The translations under genes were made by a program, and so were the position numbers. 64,000 bases of DNA from Takakia lepidozioides (lineage: Eukaryota; Plantae; Bryophyta): positions 48,670,001 through 48,734,000 of the forward strand of contig CM060733.1 in assembly GCA_030704615.1 (NCBI GenBank), written 5' to 3'. The notes under the pieces were generated by a model. That model ran no database searches and was not told the origin of the DNA. It saw nothing but the letters and a program-made list of their open reading frames with translations. Shown piece by piece: positions 10,183-21,026 of this stretch (within the stretch, counting starts at the first letter, position 1; every line of letters starts with the position of its first letter).

Positions 10183-13100
10183 ATGGGGTCGGGCAAACCA
10201 AAGCGAAAGCGGAACGGCCCAAAAGATGATGATCCTGGTGAGCCCGATGGGGGCGACGTGTCACCGAGGCGGCCGTTTGAGGAAGCGATGAATGTTTCCA
10301 AAAACGAGGCCGCTCAAGAGGGAGGAATCCGAGGAGTCGGAGCCCGAGGAATCCTTGAGAGCTCCGACAAACCAAGAGATGCCTCCCATGCCGGCAGCCT
10401 TTCGGGAAGGGTTGTTGGCGCAGTTTGGCGGGACGTTGAAAGACGTGTTGAAGGCGGCTAATGCCACTTCCACTAAGGCAAAGTTTAAGGTGAAGCCTAA
10501 GGAACCCGGCACCTTCGAGGGCGTTGAAATCGGAAGGCACTCAACACCTGGCTCCTGGAGCTAGAGCAGTACTTCCGGGCGGCGAAGTTGAGTGACGAGG
10601 ATCGGGTGGAAGTGGCTCCCACCTATTTGAGGGGCTATGCTCAACAATGGTGGCAAAAACGCCTTCACGACCGAGGCCCAAGCCCGGAAACCTTGAACTG
10701 GAGTGGGTTCAAGGAATTGATGAAGAGACAGTTTGTGCCCCTCAACGCGTCCTGGCTTGCCCGGGACAAGATGAGGAATTTGAAGCAAACAGATGACATT
10801 CGGGGGTATGTCCAGGCTTTCAATGTGCTGTTGCTCGAAGTCGCGGACATGGCAGAACAGAAATGGTCTTCAACTTTGTGGCGGGACTGGCCCCATGGGC
10901 CAGGCGGAAGTTGGAGGAGAAGCCACCCAAGACTTTGAACGAGGCAATTGAGAGGGCTGAATGTTTCTCGGATGTCCCTAGGGGTGAGAGACAAGGCCGT
11001 ACGGAGCTGAACCACAAGAAGACCCGGCGGGAAGGTGACTCCTTCCGACCGGAAAAGAAGTGGGATAGGCCACGCGGCGACAATGGCACGTGGAAATCGA
11101 AGGGAGGGCCTTCACACGTCAAGGCGGCACCCGGTGCTTCGAAAGGAAAAGCGGGGTGGAGCTTATGGCGGACAGAAGGCGACCTTTGATGGAGTGTGTT
11201 TCAATTGCGGGGAGCCCGGGCACATGGCCAAGAAGTGCACAAAACCTCGACAATTGAACATGACTCGAGACGGAGCTGTCGGAAGATACCATCAGTCGCT
11301 TTGGTGGAAGCGGTGGTCGCCAGGACTTGCAAGGTAGGCAACTATTCTTGTGAGTTGTATCAGGAAACTGGCGCCCTGCGTAAAGGGAGTCAGTTATTGT
11401 TCGTGGATGGGATAATATCCGAACTAATGTGTCGTTGTTGGTGGACACAGGAGCGTCGTCGCACTCCTTCATGACACCGGCGGCGGCGCGAAAGTTGGGA
11501 CTCCCGACAAGTGACGTGGGGCCTCTATTGAGGTGCGTTCTGCCAAAGGAGAACCACAGTTGGCGACAAGGTTGGCGTTTGATGTTCCTCTTCAACTGGG
11601 GAGTTGGGAGGGACGTGAGAACTTCACCATCTGCGAGATCGATGGAGTGGATCTCATTTTGGGGATGACCTTTTTGAGCAAATCCGGAGCGGTCATAGAT
11701 GGCCGCAAGAGAGTAGTCACGCTGCCATGTGGGAATGGTGGCGAGGTTTTACGAGTGTCGGAAACGCCCAAATCCGTGGGAGGGCGAATAAACCTTCTGT
11801 CAGAAAGGGAGTGGGCCGTGGAGGAGGCACACGAGCCCCAGTTTTTGCTTTACATTAGAGAAGTGAAGGGAGAAGGCGATGGGGAGCCGAGCCCAGATTG
11901 GATCAAGGGGATTTGGAGAAATACCAGGATGTGATGCCGGAGGATTTACCAAGCGGCTTGCCACCGCGAAGAGGAGTTGACCACAAGATTGAGGTGATAT
12001 CGGGATCGGAACCGCCTGCCAAGGCACCCTACCGGTTGAGCCACAGGGAGTTGGTCGAGCTGAAGACTCAGCTCAAGGATCTAATGTCAAAGGGGTATAT
12101 CCGGCCGAGTAAGTCACCTTACGGAGCCCCGGTGCTATTCGCAGACAAGAAGGATGGGACGCTGCGGATGTGTGTCGATTACAGGGCTTTGAATAAGGTG
12201 ACTATTAAAAACCGGTTTGCCAAGGATCCCTTGCCAAGGATACCTTTTCGATCGGTTGGCAGGAGCGAAGTATTTCAGCCGGATCGACTTGCGCTCCGGC
12301 TATCATCAAATTCGGGTGGCGGAAGGAGATGAGAGAAGACCGCGTGCAGGACAAGGTATGGTTCATATGAGTTCTTGGTGATGCCTTTTGGGCTCACAAT
12401 GCACCGGCGACCTTTAGCACGCTGATGAACAACCTTTTCAGGAGTGGTTGGATGACTTTGTGATCGTGTACATCGACGACATCTTGGTGTACTCGAAAAC
12501 AAAGGAGGAGCACCTGGAGCACCTCAAAAGGGTGTTCCAAAAGTTGCGGAAGGGAAGCTATATGCCAAAGCTTCAAAATGCGAATTCGGGGTCACGAAAG
12601 TGGAGTTCTTGGGGCATGTGATTACACAGGATGGGATCAAAATGGATGACAGAAAGTGAGGGCGATCTTGGACTGGGAGCCTCCGACTTCGGTCCCGGGA
12701 GTGCGATCCTTCCTAGGACTCGCCTCCTATTACCGGAAGTATGTGAGAAATTTCGCCAAGATCGCGGGGCCGCTGTCGGACCTTCTGTGTAAATCCAAAG
12801 TCTGGGTATGGAACACATTTGTGGCCAAGCTTTTGCTGAATTGAAGCAGCGGATGGCGGAAGCTCCAGTCTTGAAAATCCCGGAGTTCGATCGTCCATTT
12901 GAGATTCATACAGATGCGTCGGACTTCGCGATTGGGGGTGTACTTATGCAAGATGGACGTCCAGTGGCTTACGAAAGTAAGAAACTGAATGAAGTGGAGC
13001 GACGGTGGCCGACGCACGAAAAAGAGATGAAGGCGGTGGTGCACTGTCTTGAGCTTTGGCGCCACTATGTTGGTTCCAACCCAGTGAAGGTGTTCACGGA

Positions 13101-14717
13101 CAATGTCACGGTGAAGTATTTTGCCACGCAGCCCAAGTTGTCCCCAAAACAACTTAGGTGGCAAGATACTTTGGCGGTGTTCGACGTGGATATCCAGTAC
13201 AAACCGGGACGAGACAACGTGGTGGCCGATGCTTTAAGTAGAAAGCAGCAGCTTGTTGGTGTACAAGGGCGAGACGGCGCTCCAAAGGAAGATCCGGAAG
13301 GCTTGCCGGAAGGATGAGTTGGAAGTCCGTGATGCAGGACTTGAGAATGGGGGTTAAATCGCAGTTCCACTTGCAAAATGGACTGCTCCGGTATAAGCAA
13401 AAACGCTCTACGTGCCGAAGGGAGGGATCAGAGATAGCCTCTTGAGAGAATGCCATGATAGCCCTTGCGGGCCACGGCGGAGCCAAGCAAGCGCACTGCG
13501 GCACTCTTGAAGAAAGAGTATTTCTGGCCCAAACTGAGGGAGGAGGCAGAGGAGTATGTCAAGACATGCACCACATGCCAACAAAACCGGAGCGAGTAAA
13601 AAGCAAGCGGGGCTGTTACAACCCTTGCCGATTCCAGAGGGGACTTGGGAAAGCGTCTCGATGGATTTCATGACTGCTGTGCCGCTGTCAAAAGGATTCG
13701 ATGCAATCATGGTGGTGGTGGATAGGTTCAGTAAAATGGGCCATTTCATCCCCACCAAGGAGACGGCAACGGCGCAGGAGACAGGGCGACTTTACTTCGC
13801 CCACGTTTTAAAGCATCATGGAGTCCCGAAGGATATTGTCTCGGACCGCGATCCAAAGTTTACGAGTAAATTCCTTTGGAAGAAGATGGGGACGAGGCTG
13901 AAGATGAGCACCGCCTTCCGACCTACGACCAACGGCCAAACAGAAAGAGTGAATTCCGTAGTGAAGCAGATCTTGCGGAATTACGTGTCGGCAGACCAAA
14001 CAGACTGGGTGGAACACTTAGACGCGGCAGAGTTCTGTATAATAACACAGAACACTCCGCACGGGAGTTTCCCCTTTCGTATTGGTCTATGGAAAAGCAC
14101 CTCTGGTGCCGACAAGTTGGGCCGCCCAGGACGTTGAGGAACCGGCAGTAGCGGCGGTACTGGAAGAACGCGAGCGTTTGTTGAAGCTCGCAAAGTACAA
14201 CATTGCCAAAGCTAGGAAACGGTATGAAAGGCAGGCGAATCGGAAGCGGAGGGAAGTGAAGTTTGAGGCAGGCACAGAGGTCTGGTTGAACATCAAGAAT
14301 TTTCGACTACCTCCGGAGTGAGTCCGAAGTTCGTACCTCCGTATGCGGGCCCCTTTCGCATTCGGAAGGTTTATGAATGAGGATGTGTATGAATTGGAGC
14401 TGCCGGCAAACAGCAAGGTGCACCCAGTATTCCATGTCTCCCTTTTGAAGCCTTACTTCAAAGATGAAGCACGTCCGAATCGGCATCAAGTGTTGCGTCC
14501 GCCACCTATGCTGTTGGATCATGAAAATGAACCTGAGTACGAGGTGGAGGCAATACTTAAGTCGAGGAGGTTCAAGAACCGAGAAACGGAGTATCTCGTC
14601 AAATGGAAGGGCTATCATCATGTGGAGGCATCTTGGGTGCGTGCCTCAGAAATGGGAAACGCATCCGAGGCGGTTGCAGCTTTCGAAGGGCGACCTCAAA
14701 AGCGAAGAAGAAGTTGA
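10183..14717 (+). pseudogene. gag-pol polyprotein with C-terminal chromodomain, broken by many frameshifts in this assembly
   Basis: YLRGYAQQWW (gag), [46 protein letters not shown] (~12470-12495), [74 protein letters not shown]. Start codon approximate. Confidence 0.9.
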
Positions 14718-15616
14718 TGGGGACATCAACCTTGGAGCGTGGGGGAGGAAATGCATGCTTAGCCCGGCTTAGCTAGCTAGGAATCCGATTGCAAAAACTT
14801 GTATTGTACAAAATTTGCTATAAATGAAATGGATTCCAAATGTTGTGCGTCCTATTTTGTTTGGAATGGTGATGCATGGTATGGTTGGCTAGTGTGTAGA
14901 ATGCATGCTAGCTTATAAAAGTGGGAGAGGTAAATTGTCATGTGTTTGTGTAGTGCCGAAATCGGGTGACCCCCATCCGAGGGGTAAGGAAACTTGCGCC
15001 TTCTTTGGGAGTTCACGTGCTAGTGCGCACCTGGCGCGTGCGCGTACTATAACTGCGCTACCGAGGGGGTTGCCTTGTAGTGGGCTAACGCGGAAGCCAC
15101 GTGCTTCCGTTCACGTACTATAATCGTGTAGCCTCGGGACGAAGTCGTAGTGCGGCTTCGGCGTGTTCCCGTACCTCAGGCCAGCATTCCAAGGCGGACC
15201 CAATTGTAGTGATTGGGGCGCACGGTTGGTTCAAGGTTATCTTCCTAGTCAAAGAGGGTTCCAGGTGAACCCTTGCTCAAGGTGATGCCAAAAGCGGCAT
15301 CATGAGCGGTCGCAAGCAATGTTGTTGCAGTAAGGCGATTCGATCCTCAAGGAGGATCGTTCCTTGGCCTTGAAGTAGGCCAAGAAGAGTGCACTGGGAG
15401 GAGCTGGAGAGGCTCCACCCTTGGCCGGGACTTGGAGGAAGTCGGCCGCCGAACTAGCTAGTGGAGAGTAGAGTCAAGTGTGGGGTTTGGTTCTTTGCCA
15501 TGGGACGCCATGGTGCGGAAACAAACTCCTTGATGTGGGACGCCACAACTTGGATGTTCGTTTCTACAAAATGGACAAGTCGATGAGGACATCGACTCCC
15601 TGTTGGTAGGGGTGTG

Positions 15617-16342
15617 TGTCGCGGCCCTTTGCCTTGAGGGCAGGGGGTCGGGACACATGAGGGGCTGCCCCTGTGGTGGGGGCAGCGGCAGCGATAGGTA
15701 TGGGGGGCTGAAGCACCCTTGAGTGCCCAAGGCACTCAAGGAGGCGGAGGCGCTCACTAGGTGGAGCCCCGCACACCGGGTTGCGGTGGGGGTGGCTCCA
15801 CAAGGGGTGGTGGTAGTAGCTTAGCGGGACTTAGTGGGGGTGGCATAGGACTCACCATGGGGCGGAGACCTCGTGGTGGGAGTCGTGGGGAGTCTTGGGA
15901 CTCATCATGGTCCATAGGGGCCGTGGTGAGTGGGCCAAGACTCACCGCGACTCATCACCGGGAGTCGAGGGTTTCGTGGTGGTTCGCCATAAAATGGCAT
16001 GGCTGGTTGTGAAACCCCGCGGACAGCTACAGAAGTATATATAGGGAGTAGTAAACCCGAGAAGGGTGCAAGCCCGTTGGTGACCAAAAACTAGTGAGTA
16101 AGCGAGCGAGCCGGAAAGCGACCAAAGAGTGGGGAGCTGTTCCGGACTGCCATCTACCAAAGGGAATTCCACTAGTCCCAAATAGGTGGAGGGTTTAGTG
16201 GGAAGCGAAGGGGGGACCGTTATGTCCCGGTGAGCAGCCGAAGCTCCAAGTTGGCCCGGCGGCCAGGTTGGGAGTCAGGCGCGCGCATCAAAGCGAGTAA
16301 CTATGACGTGAAGGGGAGCTTACCGAAGGGAGGTGCGCGACA
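15617..16342 (+). repeat. 3' LTR of the chromovirus
   Basis: Matches the 5' LTR; followed by TSD CGCGG. Confidence 0.95.
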
Positions 16343-16541
16343 CGCGGTGAGCCGCGAAGCGTCGCAAACACGCTCGCCTTCGTAACAACTCGAAGTTCAT
16401 CGGCTCGGTGAGGTTCTCACTTGCTGCGGTGTTTCCATTCCATTCTTTGTCCTCTTCCTTCTTAGGGTGAGTCTTTTCATAGGACTTCTATCTGTCGCTC
16501 TGTCGCTCATTGTCCTTGCACCTTTGTTTCATTCTGCAGCG

Positions 16542-19500
16542 ATGGAGGATGCTTGTGAAAAGGGTGGAGCGGACTGGTTGGATTGTGTGCACCAAACCAG
16601 ACTGAAGAAGGAGCGAAGGTACTGGTACTCACCAGACGAGTTTGATCATAAAATAGTGGAAGCATTTGTAGACCTCCGCGCCCGGAAGCCTAAAAACTCG
16701 AATTGGCAGAAGGACAAGCTCTTCTGTCCCTTCTGTGAAGAGGTAATCAAGGACAAAGTCCAACTAAATCGGCATTGTGTTGACACGGGTTGCAAGGAGA
16801 CTGTTGCAATAATTCCACGGGATTTCAAGCCTTGGCTGATACTGAAAGAAATGTCGATTGTCAAAGAGGCCACAATGCGCTTGCACGGATCAGTGCTTGA
16901 CCCCCGCACTTTGGAATTAGACGAAGTGCGCGCACGGTATGGCGTCCATTGTGGTGGCCCGTCAATGGAGGATTTGCAAGTGCAGGGAACGCCGGACGCT
17001 CCCAGAAAACGTAAACTGAGTGATGGGGCCCAAAAAAAGGAGAGGCAAAAAAGGAGAAGGCTGTAAGGTCTGCTCGCGAGGCAAGGGCAAAATCCACGCA
17101 ACAGACTGAACCCCATCCTGGGCGGCAGACCCACACCATCAGTACTGATACTGAAAGTGAATCTGCTCAGGGCCTGGAAGGGGTGACAAGTCCAGTGGAC
17201 ATTGACTTGCCTGACCAGACTCGGCAGCAGACTCACACAAATGTCGCGACCCATGCCATCGGTTTAGGGTCAAAACCAAAAACTCAACAGAGCACTGAAG
17301 GGCCAGTCTGCCCTGGCACATTGCGCCTCGTTGACTTTGGGCTTTTCCCACAAGAGTGCCCACCAATTGGGGATCCAGACTTCTTCCGTTATTTCTACAA
17401 AGTTGCCTAGTCAGGTCTGCTATGCACATTCATCTGACAGGCGGAACAGAACTGGTTGAACAGCTTTGAAGATGAAGATGACGATGATGAAGTAGAGGAG
17501 GTAATGGTCAGTTTGACCGCCCAGTCTGTTCTCTGTGCTGTTTGAGTCCATCATCGGGTTCACGTTGCCTATTCAGTCTGGTCAGTCCGCTGCGTTCTCT
17601 CCTCAGTCCGCTGGCTCACTCCGCACGTCAGTTAGTCTGTTTTATATCGCTACATTACTTACTGAGTCCGTTTGTTAGTCCGCTGGTCCAGTCCACTGGT
17701 ATAGTCTACTAGTTGCCTCCACCCTACGTACGCACGTTACAGTCTGCTGGTCTGTGAGTCCAGTCCGCTGCATGAGGTGAATATAGAGTTCACGTCCATG
17801 TTCCTGACGTCGAAGTTATTTGCCGTGTACCAGGATGAACGAGTTTCTATTCGTAGGGCCATTCAGGCTTGGCGGATACCTAGCAATGATGCTCCTTTAC
17901 AAGCGACTGCAGTGCGTGCGGAAGTGGACCGCGTGCGAGAGTACATATTATTGAAGTATCCTGGGTCATCTGCTGCTATAGCAGCATTACATATTCAAGA
18001 CACGTCGGGGGGGAATGCGTCTGGGACAGCCGAGTCTGCCATCCAGCAGACTCCCATTCAGCAGGCCGTCATCCAGCAGACTCCTGTTCAGCAGCCTGTC
18101 ATCCAACAGACTCCAACGGAGCAGACTCCCAACGAGCAGCCTGTCATCCTGCAGACTCCTCTCCAGGAGCCCATCATGCAGCCCATGCCAATGGGAAGTC
18201 CTGTCATCCAACAGACTGCCGACCAGCAGACTGCTTTTCTCTTACATAGCACGGCGCTTTTTGCAATTTGGCGATCGCCATCACCGGTAATTCGACCCGG
18301 AGCTGAAGACCTCACACTTCCCCAGCTTGGGAGAAATTAATCCCCATTTGGATTGGCATAATGAGCTCCACCGGATTGTTGCGGACCGCCGGTGGTCATT
18401 TGTACCCTTTCATTATTCCATGGAGTTTTCTATTGATGAAGCCAACCATGTTCTAGAAGCCGCCTGTGCTGTTGCCATTGAAGCCACAAGCGACCAAAAT
18501 GCGTCGCCTCTACTTGTGCAGCTGATTCTCATGGATGACCCACGGCCTGAAGACCTCAGACATATGCCTATGGCACATCCAACCTTTGGGGTGCGAAGAA
18601 AGCACTTGTTCAGATTGACTGAGGAGGACTTTGAGCGCATGGCAGCTTCCTTCCTACAACACAGATGGATGCAATTTGGCAATTTCCGCTCATACAACAA
18701 GTTGATGAAGGATCTGCATAGTTTGAGGATGGACTTACTCCATGGAACAGACCATTCACAGAAGTTTGTGGTCGATGACGCATTGCACTGGTTTGCATTG
18801 GTGATGGAGCGAGCAGTATTCGACATTATTTTGCAGAATCCCAATGTCTTCAAAGTCCTGTGGTGTGGGATCCCAACTGAAGACCGCATCGGCGCCATTG
18901 CTCATCTCGATGGAGCATGCCTGTGCCGGCAAATCAAGGACATTGGCCTCGTCGGAAATCTCTTGGAAGGTAAAATGTTATGGGCAACTTTCGTGTTTCA
19001 GCTCAATTTCTTTTGCCAATTTTTTTACAAGTTCACATTTGCATAAACATGTGTTGCAGGGCGAGTTGATCTGGGAGACAAACAAGTGCAGGCTGCTTTT
19101 GACTCTTATGCCAGAGGTGCAAGGGACCTTGTCCTGGCTTTACAAGGAGTTTGGGAGACTGTCCAGCAGACTGGCCACAAGAATGTCGAACAACATATTC
19201 CCACGACACATGTGGGCAGACTGCCCAAGTGCTGGAGACCGAGCATGTGCACCAGACCGTCCCGGGTAATAGGCCGGATCACTCCCAGCAGACTGCCCCG
19301 CACACACATACTCAGTATGTGCAAACAGTACTGAGCGGGTAGCAAACTTTGCAGACTTTGCAGCAGACCCGAGAACAGACCGGCCAACAGACTGCCCCTC
19401 AGCCGACTGTGCAGCAGACCAGCAAACATGGCCACCAGACTGTCCCTCAGCAAACTGTATAGCAGACCGTGCAGCAGACCAATGAATCCAGCTAGCAGAT

Positions 19501-20161
19501 TGCCCCTCAGCAGACCGACGAATCCAGCCAGCAGATTGCCCCTCAGCAGACCGTGCAACAGACCGACGAATCCAGCCAGCAGATTGCCCCTCAGCAGACT
19601 GTGCAGCACACTGGCGAACCCACTCAGCAGATGGCCGAGCAGACTATCCAGGAGACTAACAGCCAGTCTGTTCCCTGGATTGTGCAACAGACTCGGATGC
19701 ACTGGCCTCACCGGGACCCTGTGGACGAATTTCTATTGAGTTCCCAACAACATGTTTTTGGATCTGCCAGTTGGGGCTGTTACACTCACCTGAACTCTAT
19801 CAGGGACTTGCATAAATGTCTCTTTGTTCTAGGGTGGATTCGGAAACTTCATGCGTAGTGCTTAGGGTACTCGATGGACTCACCAGAGTGGCATGAGATT
19901 GTCCAAGCATTTCAGTTCCACGCGCCTGATGTGCCCCAGCAACCATTCAGCTGGGAGGGTGGCTTTTACGTCATGTCATTCATTCAAGTGTTTTATGAGT
20001 GGGTAAAAGTCAGAGCAAATGTCTCAGAGACTGCAAAGCCAGAGAGAGGAACACCTTTCACGAAGGACTGGTTTACTTTCAAGTTTGCACTTGGGCAGCG
20101 AATGCAGTGTGCCCAGTATATCGTGCGGGGGTTGGACAATTTAGAGAAACTGCTCTCATGA
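16542..20161 (+). CDS. MULE accessory gene (spliced/frameshifted): C2HC zinc finger, NLS, acidic tract, Gln/Thr repeats and degenerate ULP1/C48-like domain
   Basis: ORFs 16467..17066 (CPFC-x12-H-x5-C; PRKRK, KKERQKRRR), EDEDDDDEVEE before a GT donor at ~17501, 17777..18340, 18327..19046, 18844..19269, 19553..19858 and 19874..20161 (VPQQPFSWEGGFYVMSFIQVF...FTKDWF). Exon joins are inferred; this could be two genes. Confidence 0.6.
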
Positions 20162-20699
20162 GTATGATGTATTTGTCCTGTGAAGTCTATGTACCGAAAT
20201 AAAAAATGCGAGTCTTTTCGCTTACTATTCCAGTGGTGATGAGCACTTTTGTGTACTGTGGGTGCTGGCATGTTTTGTAATGTTGTCACTAAACTCAATG
20301 GACACAATGGTGTCAATTTTTCCATGCACTGTGCACCCGAGTCTGTTGAGCTTGAATGTGCGAGCAGTACGCAGCCGAGGCTAGGACTGCTGGGTCTGGT
20401 ACCTAGTCTGGGAGGCACCATGTCCATGAGTCCGCTGGGACGCTGATTGGCATAAGTTGCAGGGATGAGGTGGAAGTGTGGTGAGCAGACTTTTGGAGTG
20501 GGCAACAGACTGACCAGCAGACTGGCTTATTGGCGCTCGCAGTCTGTTGACTGTGACTCTGTTGGGAGACTGTGCGTGAGTCCGTTGGGAGACTATGCTT
20601 GGGAGACCGTTGGGGAGTCAGTTGGGAGACTGGAGGAGTCCGTTGGGAGACTGTGCATTAGTCCATTGCGGACTTGTATTTCAGAAAGGGACAATGCTA

Positions 20700-20900
20700 C
20701 CAGAAGAATTGCAGACTTATATTGTTTTCTGTGTGACACCTACACGACATGAAACCTTGTCTCTTTTCGAGGAATTGCAGACTTATATTGTCTTTCCGTG
20801 ACACCTACACAACGTGAAACCTTGTCTCTTTTCGAGGCATTGCAGACTTATATTGTCTTCTTCGTGACATCTACACGACCTGAAACCTTGCGAATTTTCG
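20700..20900. repeat. Three ~62-bp tandem repeats between the convergent MULE genes
   Basis: TTGCAGACTTATATTGT...GTGACA.CTACAC.AC.TGAAACCTTG at ~20709, ~20775 and ~20840. Confidence 0.85.
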
Positions 20901-21026
20901 AGTATATATGTGCTGCAGGTGCAGGTGCAGACACCATCTTGCTGGTTCTCCGCAAAACCCTAGGCCGGGTTTTCCAGGCCTCCACGAAATCTCGTCTCAT
21001 TTTCAGAGACATGTTGTTGTTGTCAT

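Larger units (their letters stand above)
9407..16342 (+). mobile_element. Full-length Ty3/Gypsy chromovirus (Galadriel-like) nested in the MULE
   Basis: LTRs 9407-10127 and 15617-16342 (TGTCGCG...CGCGACA), TSD CGCGG (9402-9406, 16343-16347), PBS TGGTATCAGAGC, and gag, CCHC knuckle, protease, RT, RNase H, integrase and chromodomain in Gypsy order. Confidence 0.96.

Noticed and set aside
15454-16181. Short ORFs shared by LTR copies, including antisense MSSSTCPFCRNEHPSC
   Set aside because: Shared because the LTRs are near-identical; truncated or frameshifted in the older copy; no evidence of codon-level constraint.
14752-16342. A 1.6-kb 3' LTR starting right after the first PPT
   Set aside because: The TSD and the 5' LTR define a ~720-bp LTR starting at 15617.
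19106-19711. 201-aa Leu-rich minus-strand ORF
   Set aside because: Antisense shadow of the CAG-rich Gln/Thr repeats.
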